A stretch of DNA of 64,000 bases from Candidatus Bathyarchaeota archaeon (GTDB lineage: Archaea; Thermoproteota; Bathyarchaeia; Bathyarchaeales; Bathycorpusculaceae). Shown piece by piece: positions 51,001 through 59,567 of this stretch. Under the pieces are notes generated by a model. That model did no database searches. It was not told the DNA's origin and worked only from the letters and a program-made list of their open reading frames with translations. Position 1 is the first letter of the stretch. Each line of letters begins with the position of its first letter. The stretch is taken from assembly GCA_963777155.1 (NCBI GenBank), contig CAVZPM010000039.1, positions 32,001 through 96,000 of the forward strand. The letters are read 5' to 3'. The translations under genes and the position numbers were made by a program.

Positions 51001-51733
51001 TGTTGCTGGATCGGGCAACTTTAGTACCGCAAATTTCATGCGTATTAACCAGGAAGCAAGCGTGTATGGTGCCGGCGCGGCATTTGTGATTCACCATGGT
51101 ATAGTCAGAGATGTTGTTCAGCAAGAAGCAGAGTGGAACGATGGTGCAGCGGGTTCTCCCAACCTCTATGCAAACATCGTCTTAACACTTCCAGCAAACA
51201 CAACCTACTACACGTACCAACTACGAATAATGTTTATTACTTCAACTCAGGCACGCTCTATCACAGATCTCTGTCCAATACAACTCACAACCTCTCTGTC
51301 CTCAGTGCAGACTCAAACAGAAAATGGCACACTCGCTGGCTTACCTACAATTCAGAATGGCACAGGAACCTTCATTAACTCTACAATCAGCAGTTGGACG
51401 CCGCATCACTTTAGCCAATTCATGTCAAGCGATGGAAAGGGTGCAGGATTAATGTTTTCAGACGTAGCTAACCAGAAGCTTTACGCATTTGATTCCTTCT
51501 CAGCAAGCACCTCTAAGGGTGCCTTAAAAGCTAGCAGTGGATTGCTTGAATTGTTGCCTGTGAGCCAATCGCAAGTTCAGTTTACCTACGCCTATGATAC
51601 TACTTGGGTGGGTGCAGTAGCAACGTTTGATGGAACAACACCTATCGCTAATCTTTATAGAGGAACTACTCCTATGGGTCTTTGGATTTTAGTTGAGTAT
51701 CCACCCACGTTAACCGTTACAGTAAATAGTTAA
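48011..51733 (+). CDS. Giant pilin-like adhesin (~1240 aa) with class III signal peptide
   Basis: MNNKG/QFSIIAALLVAVVLIA; Ser/Thr/Asn-rich beta domains with an internal repeat; ORF track starts at 48002. Confidence 0.85.
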   Translation: MNNKGQFSIIAALLVAVVLIASVIGTYSAIRYSPIQEQPQILSSIDETNQALKQLLGFTVGYYGSVLKVTGNVTYAQKLAQDYFDGGIGNLGSIKPEWGLALNASQVELKANWFTNDSYSQGSMNVTYDLNGLGITGVSYSASSRLEVQVSNINSTTQAQFKILTDNSEPLINLGANNLKFFRYVFGNLTWDFSVPTNVISHADGTYIVDLPSGVSSNAYVLQVEDIRGLSVLAASYSQFTSSIAWNKTAYGTDLDYVDNANLNVTGTHGNFTAQQYGPDNVYDTLTEAASGITQVPSYPTNYNTYGSTTLASGSIGNLQVNDGNYLSFHSYSSAYGGSANFGYTSVGGTSSDLTYVRGSRFTLGASNGLANSVSAYLGFTGSSNTFGNTNTGSSGSAIIDTIRGQRFTSPANPVVAQSISAYIYCTTSAKNMKAALYDSSGNLIATTNQNSIPASASAAWQTFIFASPPTLTANTQYVLVVWSQFGTGSGDLRYSSATGGNGRSLSQSYGTWPSSPSFSTDAVQYSIYCNYLTTFKVQAAIYSGTGGAIVGTTEEKTLTTTNGWVTFNFITQPTLTASTNYVLAIESSDTSATMYYNSGAEYFRASRNYPTWPTTIADQGSQRRYSIYCTYSPANQHTAQVELIGNSTAPLPWSDLTWVIDSSTSTSSVATTFQLYNWGTGQYPISGDGYMTASLSSGDTTKTQTIVVNPANFLNSSGYWKVMITAVKSVATAFDLNFDMVQYSPDATNYALNLQEQWTNVNATNLRQDLCIKTGTMGTEPLLVQVLHSGVWQNLMTLSPNYFNNVSLAPYIDSSTLTIRFIGTNDVTDPTQDSWNIDSVFLQDEPDITFLVNQQQSTFALEILQNGTMRWLGQNMQITTQTLPIPPIPVKAIHVNQTINGINQEVPFQIEDWASNYQIPLGLTSNTTLFGNRQMIVFLLNSKVTDFTVWWNGSDIATQTPLAYTSRYFTNDNPTSSILTNGNVTLQFGSFNVKTTVAGSGNFSTANFMRINQEASVYGAGAAFVIHHGIVRDVVQQEAEWNDGAAGSPNLYANIVLTLPANTTYYTYQLRIMFITSTQARSITDLCPIQLTTSLSSVQTQTENGTLAGLPTIQNGTGTFINSTISSWTPHHFSQFMSSDGKGAGLMFSDVANQKLYAFDSFSASTSKGALKASSGLLELLPVSQSQVQFTYAYDTTWVGAVATFDGTTPIANLYRGTTPMGLWILVEYPPTLTVTVNS

Positions 51734-51843
51734 GTCTCCGAAACTGGTCAAGTCCATTGTACGAAGCAGCAATTACCAACAAAATCTTATTAGCCTAACC
51801 ATCAACAAATTGTTGTTATAACAGAAAAGGATGCGACCAGCAA

Positions 51844-52668
51844 ATACAATCATTACAGATCGCTTTAACCGCGGCAAACGTAATTGTCACCTTGGTTTTT
51901 CTGCTTTATGCTTCGTGGCGAGATCACAAAACAAGGGAAGTCAGTAATCGCGTTTGGGTAATTTACGGGCCTATAGCACTAACTCTGTCTCTCTCCGAAT
52001 TACTATTCTTTGAGCCATCTCAATTACCCCTTTATGGTTTAAGTGTTGGTGTAACAGTTGGTTTTGCGCTTCTTTTGTTCTATTCTAGCGGCTTTGGTGG
52101 TGCAGACTCTAAAGCCCTCATGTGTATCGCTCTTGCTTTACCCTTTGCCCCTGTTGCCCTCACTATGCCCTTCTTAGCTGAGGGACTATCGCCCATTGCT
52201 CAGTATATTTATCCCATAACTATTCTAGGTAACTCCGTTTTTTTCGCTGCGGCAACCGCCATATATATGGCTCTGCGAAATGTCGTTTGGCACAAAAAAA
52301 ACGGTGTTCAAATGTTCCAGGGGACACTAGCTTCCGAGTCCCTGGGCAAAAAATTTCTTGCGGCCATAACTGGTTATCCTACACCTGTTGACACACTAAA
52401 GAAAAAGCATATGTTCCCAATGGAAGACCTCGAGGAACAAACGGAAAACTTTGTGAAACGCAAACTTGTGGTGTTTCCACAGGATGAGGAGACACAAGAT
52501 AAAACCCTTGAACGTCTATCTAACGCTGTGCAATCTGGAAAAATCAATAACTATGTTTGGGCAACCCCGGGATTGCCTATGTTGATTTTTGTTACTTTAG
52601 GCTTAATTGTTGCCTTAACCTTTGGCGACATTGTGTGGCTGCTAATCAGACTTATTTTAGGAGCCTAA
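51844..52668 (+). CDS. A24 prepilin peptidase (PibD/FlaK-like)
   Basis: ASWRD...REV, GFGGADSKA, VWATPGLPML; first TM extends upstream of TTG 51892 to an ATA at 51844. Confidence 0.9.
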   Translation: MQSLQIALTAANVIVTLVFLLYASWRDHKTREVSNRVWVIYGPIALTLSLSELLFFEPSQLPLYGLSVGVTVGFALLLFYSSGFGGADSKALMCIALALPFAPVALTMPFLAEGLSPIAQYIYPITILGNSVFFAAATAIYMALRNVVWHKKNGVQMFQGTLASESLGKKFLAAITGYPTPVDTLKKKHMFPMEDLEEQTENFVKRKLVVFPQDEETQDKTLERLSNAVQSGKINNYVWATPGLPMLIFVTLGLIVALTFGDIVWLLIRLILGA

Positions 52669-52679
52669 AACTCCAAAAT

Positions 52680-52880
52680 TTACTGTAGAATATTTTTACT
52701 TTTTTTAGAATAAGAAATCGAAGCTGTAACCATAGATACTGAGCCGAAACCCACGAACGCAAGTGCAATTCCTCGGTAGGGATAACTTAAGCTTAGACTT
52801 TGGTAAGAATAAAAGAACATTGATACCGCGAATAAGGCGATGGCAACCAATAGCAAACTAACTTCTGTCTTGAACTCTAT
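52680..52880 (-). CDS. Small two-TM membrane protein (66 aa, probable ATA start)
   Basis: EFKTEVSLLLVAIALFAVSMFFYSYQ...YPYRGIALAFVGFGSVSMVTASISYSKKSK; GAGGAG just before the ATA; not in the ORF track. Confidence 0.6.
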   Translation of the reverse strand: MEFKTEVSLLLVAIALFAVSMFFYSYQSLSLSYPYRGIALAFVGFGSVSMVTASISYSKKSKNILQ

Positions 52881-52973
52881 ACTCCTCTACTCCCCTTTCA
52901 GTATAACGAATTAGTATTCTAAATCAAAAGGTTATTTTAGCTTTTTGGAAAATACACTACTAGGAGCCTTCAA

Positions 52974-54056
52974 ATGACATCAGCTGGATGTATAAAAGAA
53001 CTGCAAACCTTCCTGCAACAAAAACCAAAAGAATGCAAAACGGTCGTTATGCCTGATTTTTTCCTTGACCGACTAATAAGCTTGGATTGGGACACCGCCG
53101 AGTTTTCGGAGCTAGTTGCTGAGGTTACTAAACGGAAAGGCGGCAGTATCGATGGAATCTCCCAAACTGATCAACGCGGAGGCAACGCGATCAACGTAGC
53201 ATCAGCCTTGGCTCATTTAGATATCGAAGTCACACCCATCATTTGCACAAGCGAATTTGGCATGCAACAAATAAAATACCACTTCCAAAACGCACCTATT
53301 GACCTTTCTCACATAAAGACATCTGGCAAATCCTCAATAACAACCGCTCTTGAGTTCAGAAACAAAGATGGAAAAACAAACATTATGCTTCGCGATTTGG
53401 GGGCACTAGCAAATTTTGGACCTGCAAACATAGATGAATCCGATTACGAGCTTATTGAAAATGCGGATTATGTGTGCCTTTTTAACTGGTCAGGAACCGT
53501 TAGTTTTGGTACAGAATTGGCTCAAGCTGTTTTTGAGGGGGCAAAACGGGGTGGAAGGAGCAAAACCTATTATGACACCGCAGATCCGACTCCAAAAAAC
53601 AAAGAGGTTCCTGCTTTGATGAATAAAGTGCTGAAAACCGACAAAGTGGACATTCTAAGTGTTAACGAGAACGAAGCCATCATTTATGCCAGTATACTTG
53701 ACTTCGATCTGGAAGAGAAGAAAGAACATCTTGGGTTTGCTGAGTTAGCGTTGGAGGCGGCAAGAGTTCTAGCTAATCATTTGTCCGCGAGAATTGACTT
53801 GCATACAACTGCTTTCTCTGCGACCTTGAAAGGTAAAAGGGAGGTAGTGGTTCCTGCGTTTAAGGTTAAGGCTTTGCGTGCAACTGGTGCAGGTGATGCT
53901 TGGTGCGCAGGCAACATACTAGGTGACCATAACGGGCTCTCTGATGAGTGCCGTTTACTGTTAGCAAATGCTGTTTCTGCCTATTACCTCCAAGACGTCG
54001 ACGGTCAACATCCCACTAAAGAAAAACTAGTTGGTTTCCTTGAAACTCAAGCTTAG
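52974..54056 (+). CDS. PfkB family carbohydrate kinase
   Basis: GGNAINVASALA, NENEA, ATGAGDAW. Confidence 0.88.
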   Translation: MTSAGCIKELQTFLQQKPKECKTVVMPDFFLDRLISLDWDTAEFSELVAEVTKRKGGSIDGISQTDQRGGNAINVASALAHLDIEVTPIICTSEFGMQQIKYHFQNAPIDLSHIKTSGKSSITTALEFRNKDGKTNIMLRDLGALANFGPANIDESDYELIENADYVCLFNWSGTVSFGTELAQAVFEGAKRGGRSKTYYDTADPTPKNKEVPALMNKVLKTDKVDILSVNENEAIIYASILDFDLEEKKEHLGFAELALEAARVLANHLSARIDLHTTAFSATLKGKREVVVPAFKVKALRATGAGDAWCAGNILGDHNGLSDECRLLLANAVSAYYLQDVDGQHPTKEKLVGFLETQA

Positions 54057-54117
54057 GCAGTGACAAATTCTTTTTTAAGGAACCAATACACTACCATGCA
54101 CTGACAGGTGCATATCT

Positions 54118-55482
54118 ATGGCTAAGCTGTTCGGAAGCTCAGGCGTCAGAGGAATAGCAAACATTGATTTGACTCCAATTCTTGCTTGCAAGGTTGCTTC
54201 AGCGGTAGCGACATACGCAAAAGCGAAAAAAGCCATTGTTGCTCGAGACACACGAGTCTCAGGCTGCATGCTTGAAGACGCATTGGTTTCAGGTATAGTT
54301 TCATCTGGTACAGATGTTTTGCTTCTGGGTATGGTGCCGACGCCCGTCTTGGCTTATGTCGCTAAAGCGTTGGGTGCCGACGTTGGTTTTATGCTTACAG
54401 CTTCCCATAACCCCCCTGAGTATAATGGAATCAAAGTCTTCAATGGTAATAGTTTATCTTACACCGATGAGGACCAGGCTGCAGTGGAAAAAATCGTTGC
54501 AGAAAGAACCTTTGCCTTAGCGGATTGGCGCAGACCCGGCAGAGTAACATCCGTAGATGCGGAACAAATTTACATAGATATGGTTGCTAAGTCCGTTTCC
54601 TTGAAAAAACAGTGGAAAGTTGTCGTTGATGCAGGATGCGGTGCCGCGTTTAAGATTGCTCCGCAAATACTAAACTCGTTAGGCTGCAAAGTAACTGCCT
54701 TGAACGCTCAACCCGATGGATATTTTCCAGCCAGAAAATCTGAGCCAACAGCCGAATCGCTCCAAAACCTCGCCAAAACGGTAAAAAGCCTTGGCGCAGA
54801 CATTGGGATTGCTTTTGACGGTGATGCTGACCGCGTTGCATTTGTTGATGAAAAAGGCGTTTTTGTAAGTTTTGATCGGTCCTTAGCAGCTTACGGTGCT
54901 TCCGCTTTGAAACGTAATGGCGGCGGAACTATAGTTACTACGATTGAGGCGTCAATGTGTGTAGAAACTATGGCACAAAAATACGGTGGTAAAGTTGTCC
55001 GCACAAAAGTTGGCGACATTTATGTTTCTGAAGCCCTCAAACGCAACAGAGGTGTGTTTGGGGGTGAGCCATGTGGCGCGTGGGTACATCCTCAAATGCA
55101 TCTGTGCCCTGATGGACCACTTTCGGCTGTGCTTTTCCTTGCAGCACTGGAAGAGGAGGGGAAAAGTGTCTCGGAGTATATTGGTGAAGTGCCAGAGTAC
55201 ATAACCGAGCGTGTAAACATCACCTGCAAGAACGAGCAGAAATACAAGTTGATCGACCTTCTTGGCGGGGTTCTTAAAGTCGAGTTCCCAGCATACACCG
55301 CTTTCTCAGCTCTTGATGGGACTAGGTTGACTTTGAAAAATGGCTGGCTTCTAGTTCGCGCATCAGGCACAGAGCCGCTTATTCGTCTTACTGTTGAAGG
55401 TGAATCCAAGATGGCGGCAAAAGATATAACCGCAAAGGCAACAGCTCTAATACATAAACAAATCGAGGCAAACCAGACATGA
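54118..55482 (+). CDS. glmM: Phosphoglucosamine mutase / phosphohexomutase
   Basis: LFGSSGVRG, TASHNP, DGDADR, RASGTEP. Confidence 0.9.
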   Translation: MAKLFGSSGVRGIANIDLTPILACKVASAVATYAKAKKAIVARDTRVSGCMLEDALVSGIVSSGTDVLLLGMVPTPVLAYVAKALGADVGFMLTASHNPPEYNGIKVFNGNSLSYTDEDQAAVEKIVAERTFALADWRRPGRVTSVDAEQIYIDMVAKSVSLKKQWKVVVDAGCGAAFKIAPQILNSLGCKVTALNAQPDGYFPARKSEPTAESLQNLAKTVKSLGADIGIAFDGDADRVAFVDEKGVFVSFDRSLAAYGASALKRNGGGTIVTTIEASMCVETMAQKYGGKVVRTKVGDIYVSEALKRNRGVFGGEPCGAWVHPQMHLCPDGPLSAVLFLAALEEEGKSVSEYIGEVPEYITERVNITCKNEQKYKLIDLLGGVLKVEFPAYTAFSALDGTRLTLKNGWLLVRASGTEPLIRLTVEGESKMAAKDITAKATALIHKQIEANQT

Positions 55483-56759
55483 AGGCTGTCCTCTTAGCAG
55501 CTGGCGCCGGCGAAAGACTCCTGCCCATTACGGCAACACGCCCCAAACACCTTATCAAGGTTACGGGGAAACCAATTCTTCAGTTCTGTCTAGAAGCGGT
55601 CAAAAAAGCTGGGATTGATGAAGCAATAATTGTTACTCACTATATGGGCGAATCCATTCGTAGCTACTTTGGAGACGGCGTAGAACTCGGCTTAAAACTC
55701 AGTTATGTGAAACAGAAAGCGATTCTAGGTACGGGCAATGCTGCAGAAGTTGCTGAACCTTATATTGACGGTGACTTTGTCTTGATTTATGGAGATTTGC
55801 TCTTTGGTCAAGACGCCGTAAAAGACGTTTTAGAGCAGTTTAAGAAAGGAAAAAGTTCCTCAGTTATAGGTGTAGTCCCTGTTGACCGACCAGAAAACTA
55901 TGGCATAATCGAGAAAGACACCGATGGCAAGGTGAAACGTTTAGTTGAGAAACCCGCTACTGGAAAAGCCCCTTCTAATCTGGCAAACGCAGGAATTTAT
56001 GCTTTCTCAAAAGATGTCTTCGATAAAATAAAAAAGACCAGTGCATCGGTCCGTGGTGAATGGGAACTCACAGATGCTATAACCCTGCTTGCCAAGGAAG
56101 GTAAAACCGTTTTGGCAGCCCAGCTTTCCAAAGATGACTGGTTTGACGTAGGCAGACCTTGGGATTTGCTTGATGCAAATATCTGGGCGCTCAAACGCAT
56201 GGAACACAGAGTTCTTGGTAAAGTTGAGCAGGGAGCGCATTTAATCGGGCCTGTCACCGTTGCTGAATCTGCAAGAATTCGATCAGGTGCTTACATCGAA
56301 GGTCCAGTCTTCATCGATGAAGAAGCAGATGTTGGACCCAACTGCTACCTCCGTTCAGGTACTAGTTTGGGCAAGAAAGTCCGCGTTGGAAACGCTTGCG
56401 AAATCAAAAACAGCGTTCTCATGGACGGCACTCATGTAGGGCACTTATCATATGTTGGTGACAGTATCTTGGGTGAGAAATGCAACATTGGTGCTGGCAC
56501 CATATTTGCGAACTACCGTTTTGATTCTGGATCCATCAAAATGATGGTTAAAAACCAAGTTGTCAATACAGGAAGAAGAAAACTTGGTGCAGTCCTTGGC
56601 GACAATGTAAAAACGGGGATTAAATCGCTTTTTATGCCCGGCGTTAAAGTCGGAGCAAATACTTGGGTTGGAGCAAACTTTATGGTTGAACGTGACCTTC
56701 CCTCGGACACAATAGTGGCGCTCAAGCAGAACTGCGAAATAAACGAAAAACACGCTTAG
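55479..56759 (+). CDS. glmU: Bifunctional sugar-1-phosphate nucleotidylyltransferase/acetyltransferase (GlmU-like)
   Basis: LAAGAGERLLP..RPK, RGEWELTD, hexapeptide repeats, HLSYVGDS, GRRKLGA. Confidence 0.88.
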   Translation: MKAVLLAAGAGERLLPITATRPKHLIKVTGKPILQFCLEAVKKAGIDEAIIVTHYMGESIRSYFGDGVELGLKLSYVKQKAILGTGNAAEVAEPYIDGDFVLIYGDLLFGQDAVKDVLEQFKKGKSSSVIGVVPVDRPENYGIIEKDTDGKVKRLVEKPATGKAPSNLANAGIYAFSKDVFDKIKKTSASVRGEWELTDAITLLAKEGKTVLAAQLSKDDWFDVGRPWDLLDANIWALKRMEHRVLGKVEQGAHLIGPVTVAESARIRSGAYIEGPVFIDEEADVGPNCYLRSGTSLGKKVRVGNACEIKNSVLMDGTHVGHLSYVGDSILGEKCNIGAGTIFANYRFDSGSIKMMVKNQVVNTGRRKLGAVLGDNVKTGIKSLFMPGVKVGANTWVGANFMVERDLPSDTIVALKQNCEINEKHA

Positions 56760-56933
56760 TTTCTTTAGGGCTCTACTTCCGAAAGGTTGTGAAATAGAGT
56801 TATTCCGCTTGGTTTGTTCAGTGCTGGCGAGTTCTGGGTTCTATTTGAGTGTCGTTGTGTTGTACTTTTCGCTTCATGTATTTAATCTCAATAAACAATA
56901 AAAGGGGGCTGAATAATATTCAGAGCGATACCC

Positions 56934-58172
56934 TTGAGAACTCATAAAATAACCCTCGTTCTTCTGTCATTATTGCTAACCAGCATATTCTTAACCGTAC
57001 AAGTCAGCTTTCCCAGCAACAAGCTTGCCGCCTCGGGCGACGTGGGAACACAAGTAGGTGGAACAATAACAACCAACACAACTTGGACAGTAGCAAACAG
57101 CCCCTATATCATAACCGAAACGATACAAATCCCAGAAGACGTTACTCTGATAATCGAGCCGGGTGTAACAGTCACTGTTCAGTCATCCGTAAACAAGATG
57201 TTTCTAATCAACGGTTTCATCACAGCCCATGGCGACGTTAACAGCAAAATAATTTTTGATGGCAACGGCAACTCAAACTTTTTTATGACAAATCATACAA
57301 ACGCTCCAGGATTCGCAGATTTGGATTACTGCATTATCAGAAATGGGTTGAGCGCCTTTTGGTTTGACAATACTGGCTCTTTTAATTTAACTAACTCAGA
57401 GTTAAGTAACTTGTCACAAGAATCTTACTTGTGGTACCCTTCGCAAAACGTATTTATTGAATATAATATTTTCACGAATACTTCAGGCATAAAGATAGGA
57501 ACAGATGATTACTATACTTCCAACACCACAGGATTTGTCTCGATAACGTACAACCTGTTCCTTAACAACCAAGGATACATCATTAACAACTTTGCAAGCT
57601 ATGGGTTAAGCAAAACCTATGTTAACAATAATTCTTTCACCAACACATTTGGAGTAATCCTCGAAGTAGAACAAACCTCAACCACTGCAGACATGGATGC
57701 TTCACAAAACTACTGGGGAACAGATAACACAACAATAGTCGATTCCATGATTTACGACATAAACGATGACACTGCATGCTCCAGCTACATAAATTACCTG
57801 CCCTTGCTTGATATTCCAGACCCCGACACTCCCATAGCGCCAACCCCAACACCATCACCAACGCCAACGGAAACACCTTCTCCTTCTCCAACCCCAGACC
57901 CCACAACCTCTCCTATTCCATCACCAACTCCAACAGATACCCAAATACCCACAACCGATGAGAACACCTCTTCTACTACTGAAATAACAACCCCTACATC
58001 TACAGGAACTCCAGATTCATCATCCAACCAAACCAGTAATCAGACCCCAAACACATTGAATGCCCAAACTATCCCAGAGATCTCACCTTTTGTCGCATTA
58101 GTAATTCTAATTGCTGGGGGTCCCATAGGCGCTATAGTGTTGCGAAAAACCAGAAAAACTAAGCATTCCTAA
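56934..58172 (+). CDS. Secreted beta-helix surface protein with Pro/Thr linker and PEF-like C-terminal sorting signal
   Basis: Signal peptide; GTITTNTTWT..SPYII..TLIIEPGV; NYWGT; (PT)n; IPEI plus TM plus RKTRK. Confidence 0.8.
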   Translation: MRTHKITLVLLSLLLTSIFLTVQVSFPSNKLAASGDVGTQVGGTITTNTTWTVANSPYIITETIQIPEDVTLIIEPGVTVTVQSSVNKMFLINGFITAHGDVNSKIIFDGNGNSNFFMTNHTNAPGFADLDYCIIRNGLSAFWFDNTGSFNLTNSELSNLSQESYLWYPSQNVFIEYNIFTNTSGIKIGTDDYYTSNTTGFVSITYNLFLNNQGYIINNFASYGLSKTYVNNNSFTNTFGVILEVEQTSTTADMDASQNYWGTDNTTIVDSMIYDINDDTACSSYINYLPLLDIPDPDTPIAPTPTPSPTPTETPSPSPTPDPTTSPIPSPTPTDTQIPTTDENTSSTTEITTPTSTGTPDSSSNQTSNQTPNTLNAQTIPEISPFVALVILIAGGPIGAIVLRKTRKTKHS

Positions 58173-58285
58173 AATTAATGTAAGAATAATTGCTAAACCA
58201 GTAAATTGTTTAACTTTTTTCTCTTTATATTAAAGATAAATAGTTGAAATGCAATTTCATGTACCAATTGAAGGAGTAATAAAAA

Positions 58286-58711
58286 TTGTCTGTAGCGCAA
58301 AGAAAATACTTTACTGAAGTTGCAGCGTTAGCTGAAAAAAACGTTGCTGTCGTCACTAATAATGGAAAAATGTTTAACGGCACATTGGTCGGCATTAACC
58401 CTGACAGTCTTAGCTTAGCTTTGGCTGAGGTAAAAGATGAGAATGGAAAACTTCTTAACCGTCTTGTAATCAACGGATCAGCCGTGATATCAATATCCAG
58501 CGCTGATAAACCCTTTGATCTTAAATCCCTCGCACACAGACTAGAAAAAGTTTTCCCAACTCTAGTCGAACTTAACGAGCAAGCCGGCTACATCGTAGTT
58601 ATGCGTAAAGTTAAACTCACAGAAAAAGGCATCATGGAAGGCGCAGGTAGCCCAGCGGCTGACCGCGTACAAAAAGTCTACGACACTTTCATGAGCGAAC
58701 CCAAAGCTTAA
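58286..58711 (+). CDS. Lsm family RNA-binding protein with C-terminal extension (SmAP3-like)
   Basis: VAVVTNNGKMFNGTLVG..LSLAL..LVINGSAVISI plus C-terminal domain. Confidence 0.8.
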   Translation: MSVAQRKYFTEVAALAEKNVAVVTNNGKMFNGTLVGINPDSLSLALAEVKDENGKLLNRLVINGSAVISISSADKPFDLKSLAHRLEKVFPTLVELNEQAGYIVVMRKVKLTEKGIMEGAGSPAADRVQKVYDTFMSEPKA

Positions 58712-58713
58712 CT

Positions 58714-59463
58714 TTAGATGAACCAGCGCAGCTGCTGCTCCTCTTTCTTCTTTTCTTCTGTTATACTCCGAATTACTCCGAAGGATTCGAGCATATTTTT
58801 GATTTCGTCACCGCTGGTTTCCAACCCTGACAAATCAACTTCTAGATACAGGTACTTGCCCAATGTGAGCAGTGCATAGCGTGCAGCGTTCACGTCAGGG
58901 TTCATGCCTGGAGTATCCACAAGTAGCGAGAAACCCTTCATGTCCCTGATCTGTGCCAACCCAATTGATAAACCCGCGATGCCAAAAACGTGTCCAACCA
59001 TAACTTTTGTACCTAAATCAAGCGCTTGCTGCATAGTCTCCAAATCCGTAGCAGTGGTGTAGATTCCCGGCACAGGTTGTGCTTCATCCTTCTTGAAGCC
59101 GCCTATTGAAACGACAAAGCGGCAGCCAAACGATTGCGCTATATCCAGCACTTTGCCTACCAACTCATACTGCCCAACTGTGGTTAACGCCTGCGTGTTC
59201 CCGTACCAAATAATGAGGTCGCGTTCGCCATCCCGTTTGGCGTAGTAGAGTTCGTTTATGGGTGTTCTGGCTCCACCGTCGCCAGTTGTTATGGCGAAAT
59301 CCTGAAAGGATGAGGAGAAGATTTGGACAAACCTTGTAGCTTTCAGCTCTTTAATCAGATGCAATGCTGCGATGTTTGCTACAAATCCGATGCCGGGTAA
59401 GCCTTCAATTAGGATTGGGTCGTTGAGGGTTGGTTTCTCGCTTATATCGATTGAGCAGACCAT
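58714..59463 (-). CDS. PAC2 family proteasome assembly chaperone
   Basis: LIEGLPGIGFVANIAALHLI, SIGGF, GIAGL. Confidence 0.88.
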   Translation of the reverse strand: MVCSIDISEKPTLNDPILIEGLPGIGFVANIAALHLIKELKATRFVQIFSSSFQDFAITTGDGGARTPINELYYAKRDGERDLIIWYGNTQALTTVGQYELVGKVLDIAQSFGCRFVVSIGGFKKDEAQPVPGIYTTATDLETMQQALDLGTKVMVGHVFGIAGLSIGLAQIRDMKGFSLLVDTPGMNPDVNAARYALLTLGKYLYLEVDLSGLETSGDEIKNMLESFGVIRSITEEKKKEEQQLRWFI

Positions 59464-59567
59464 GACTGTGCACTTCGTTGGGTATTTAAATAAACAAAGC
59501 GATATAAGGATGACTAAAGGGCTAATGTTTTTTATAATAGAGCAATGTTTCTTGTTTAGGTTTCACT

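Noticed and set aside
56768-56802. Hairpin GGCTCTA...TAGAGTT after the glmU-like gene
   Set aside because: Short, with no promoter or other support; may be chance or a terminator element
57836-57950. CCAAC-rich repeats as a CRISPR array or satellite
   Set aside because: They encode the Pro/Thr linker; no constant repeat-spacer period
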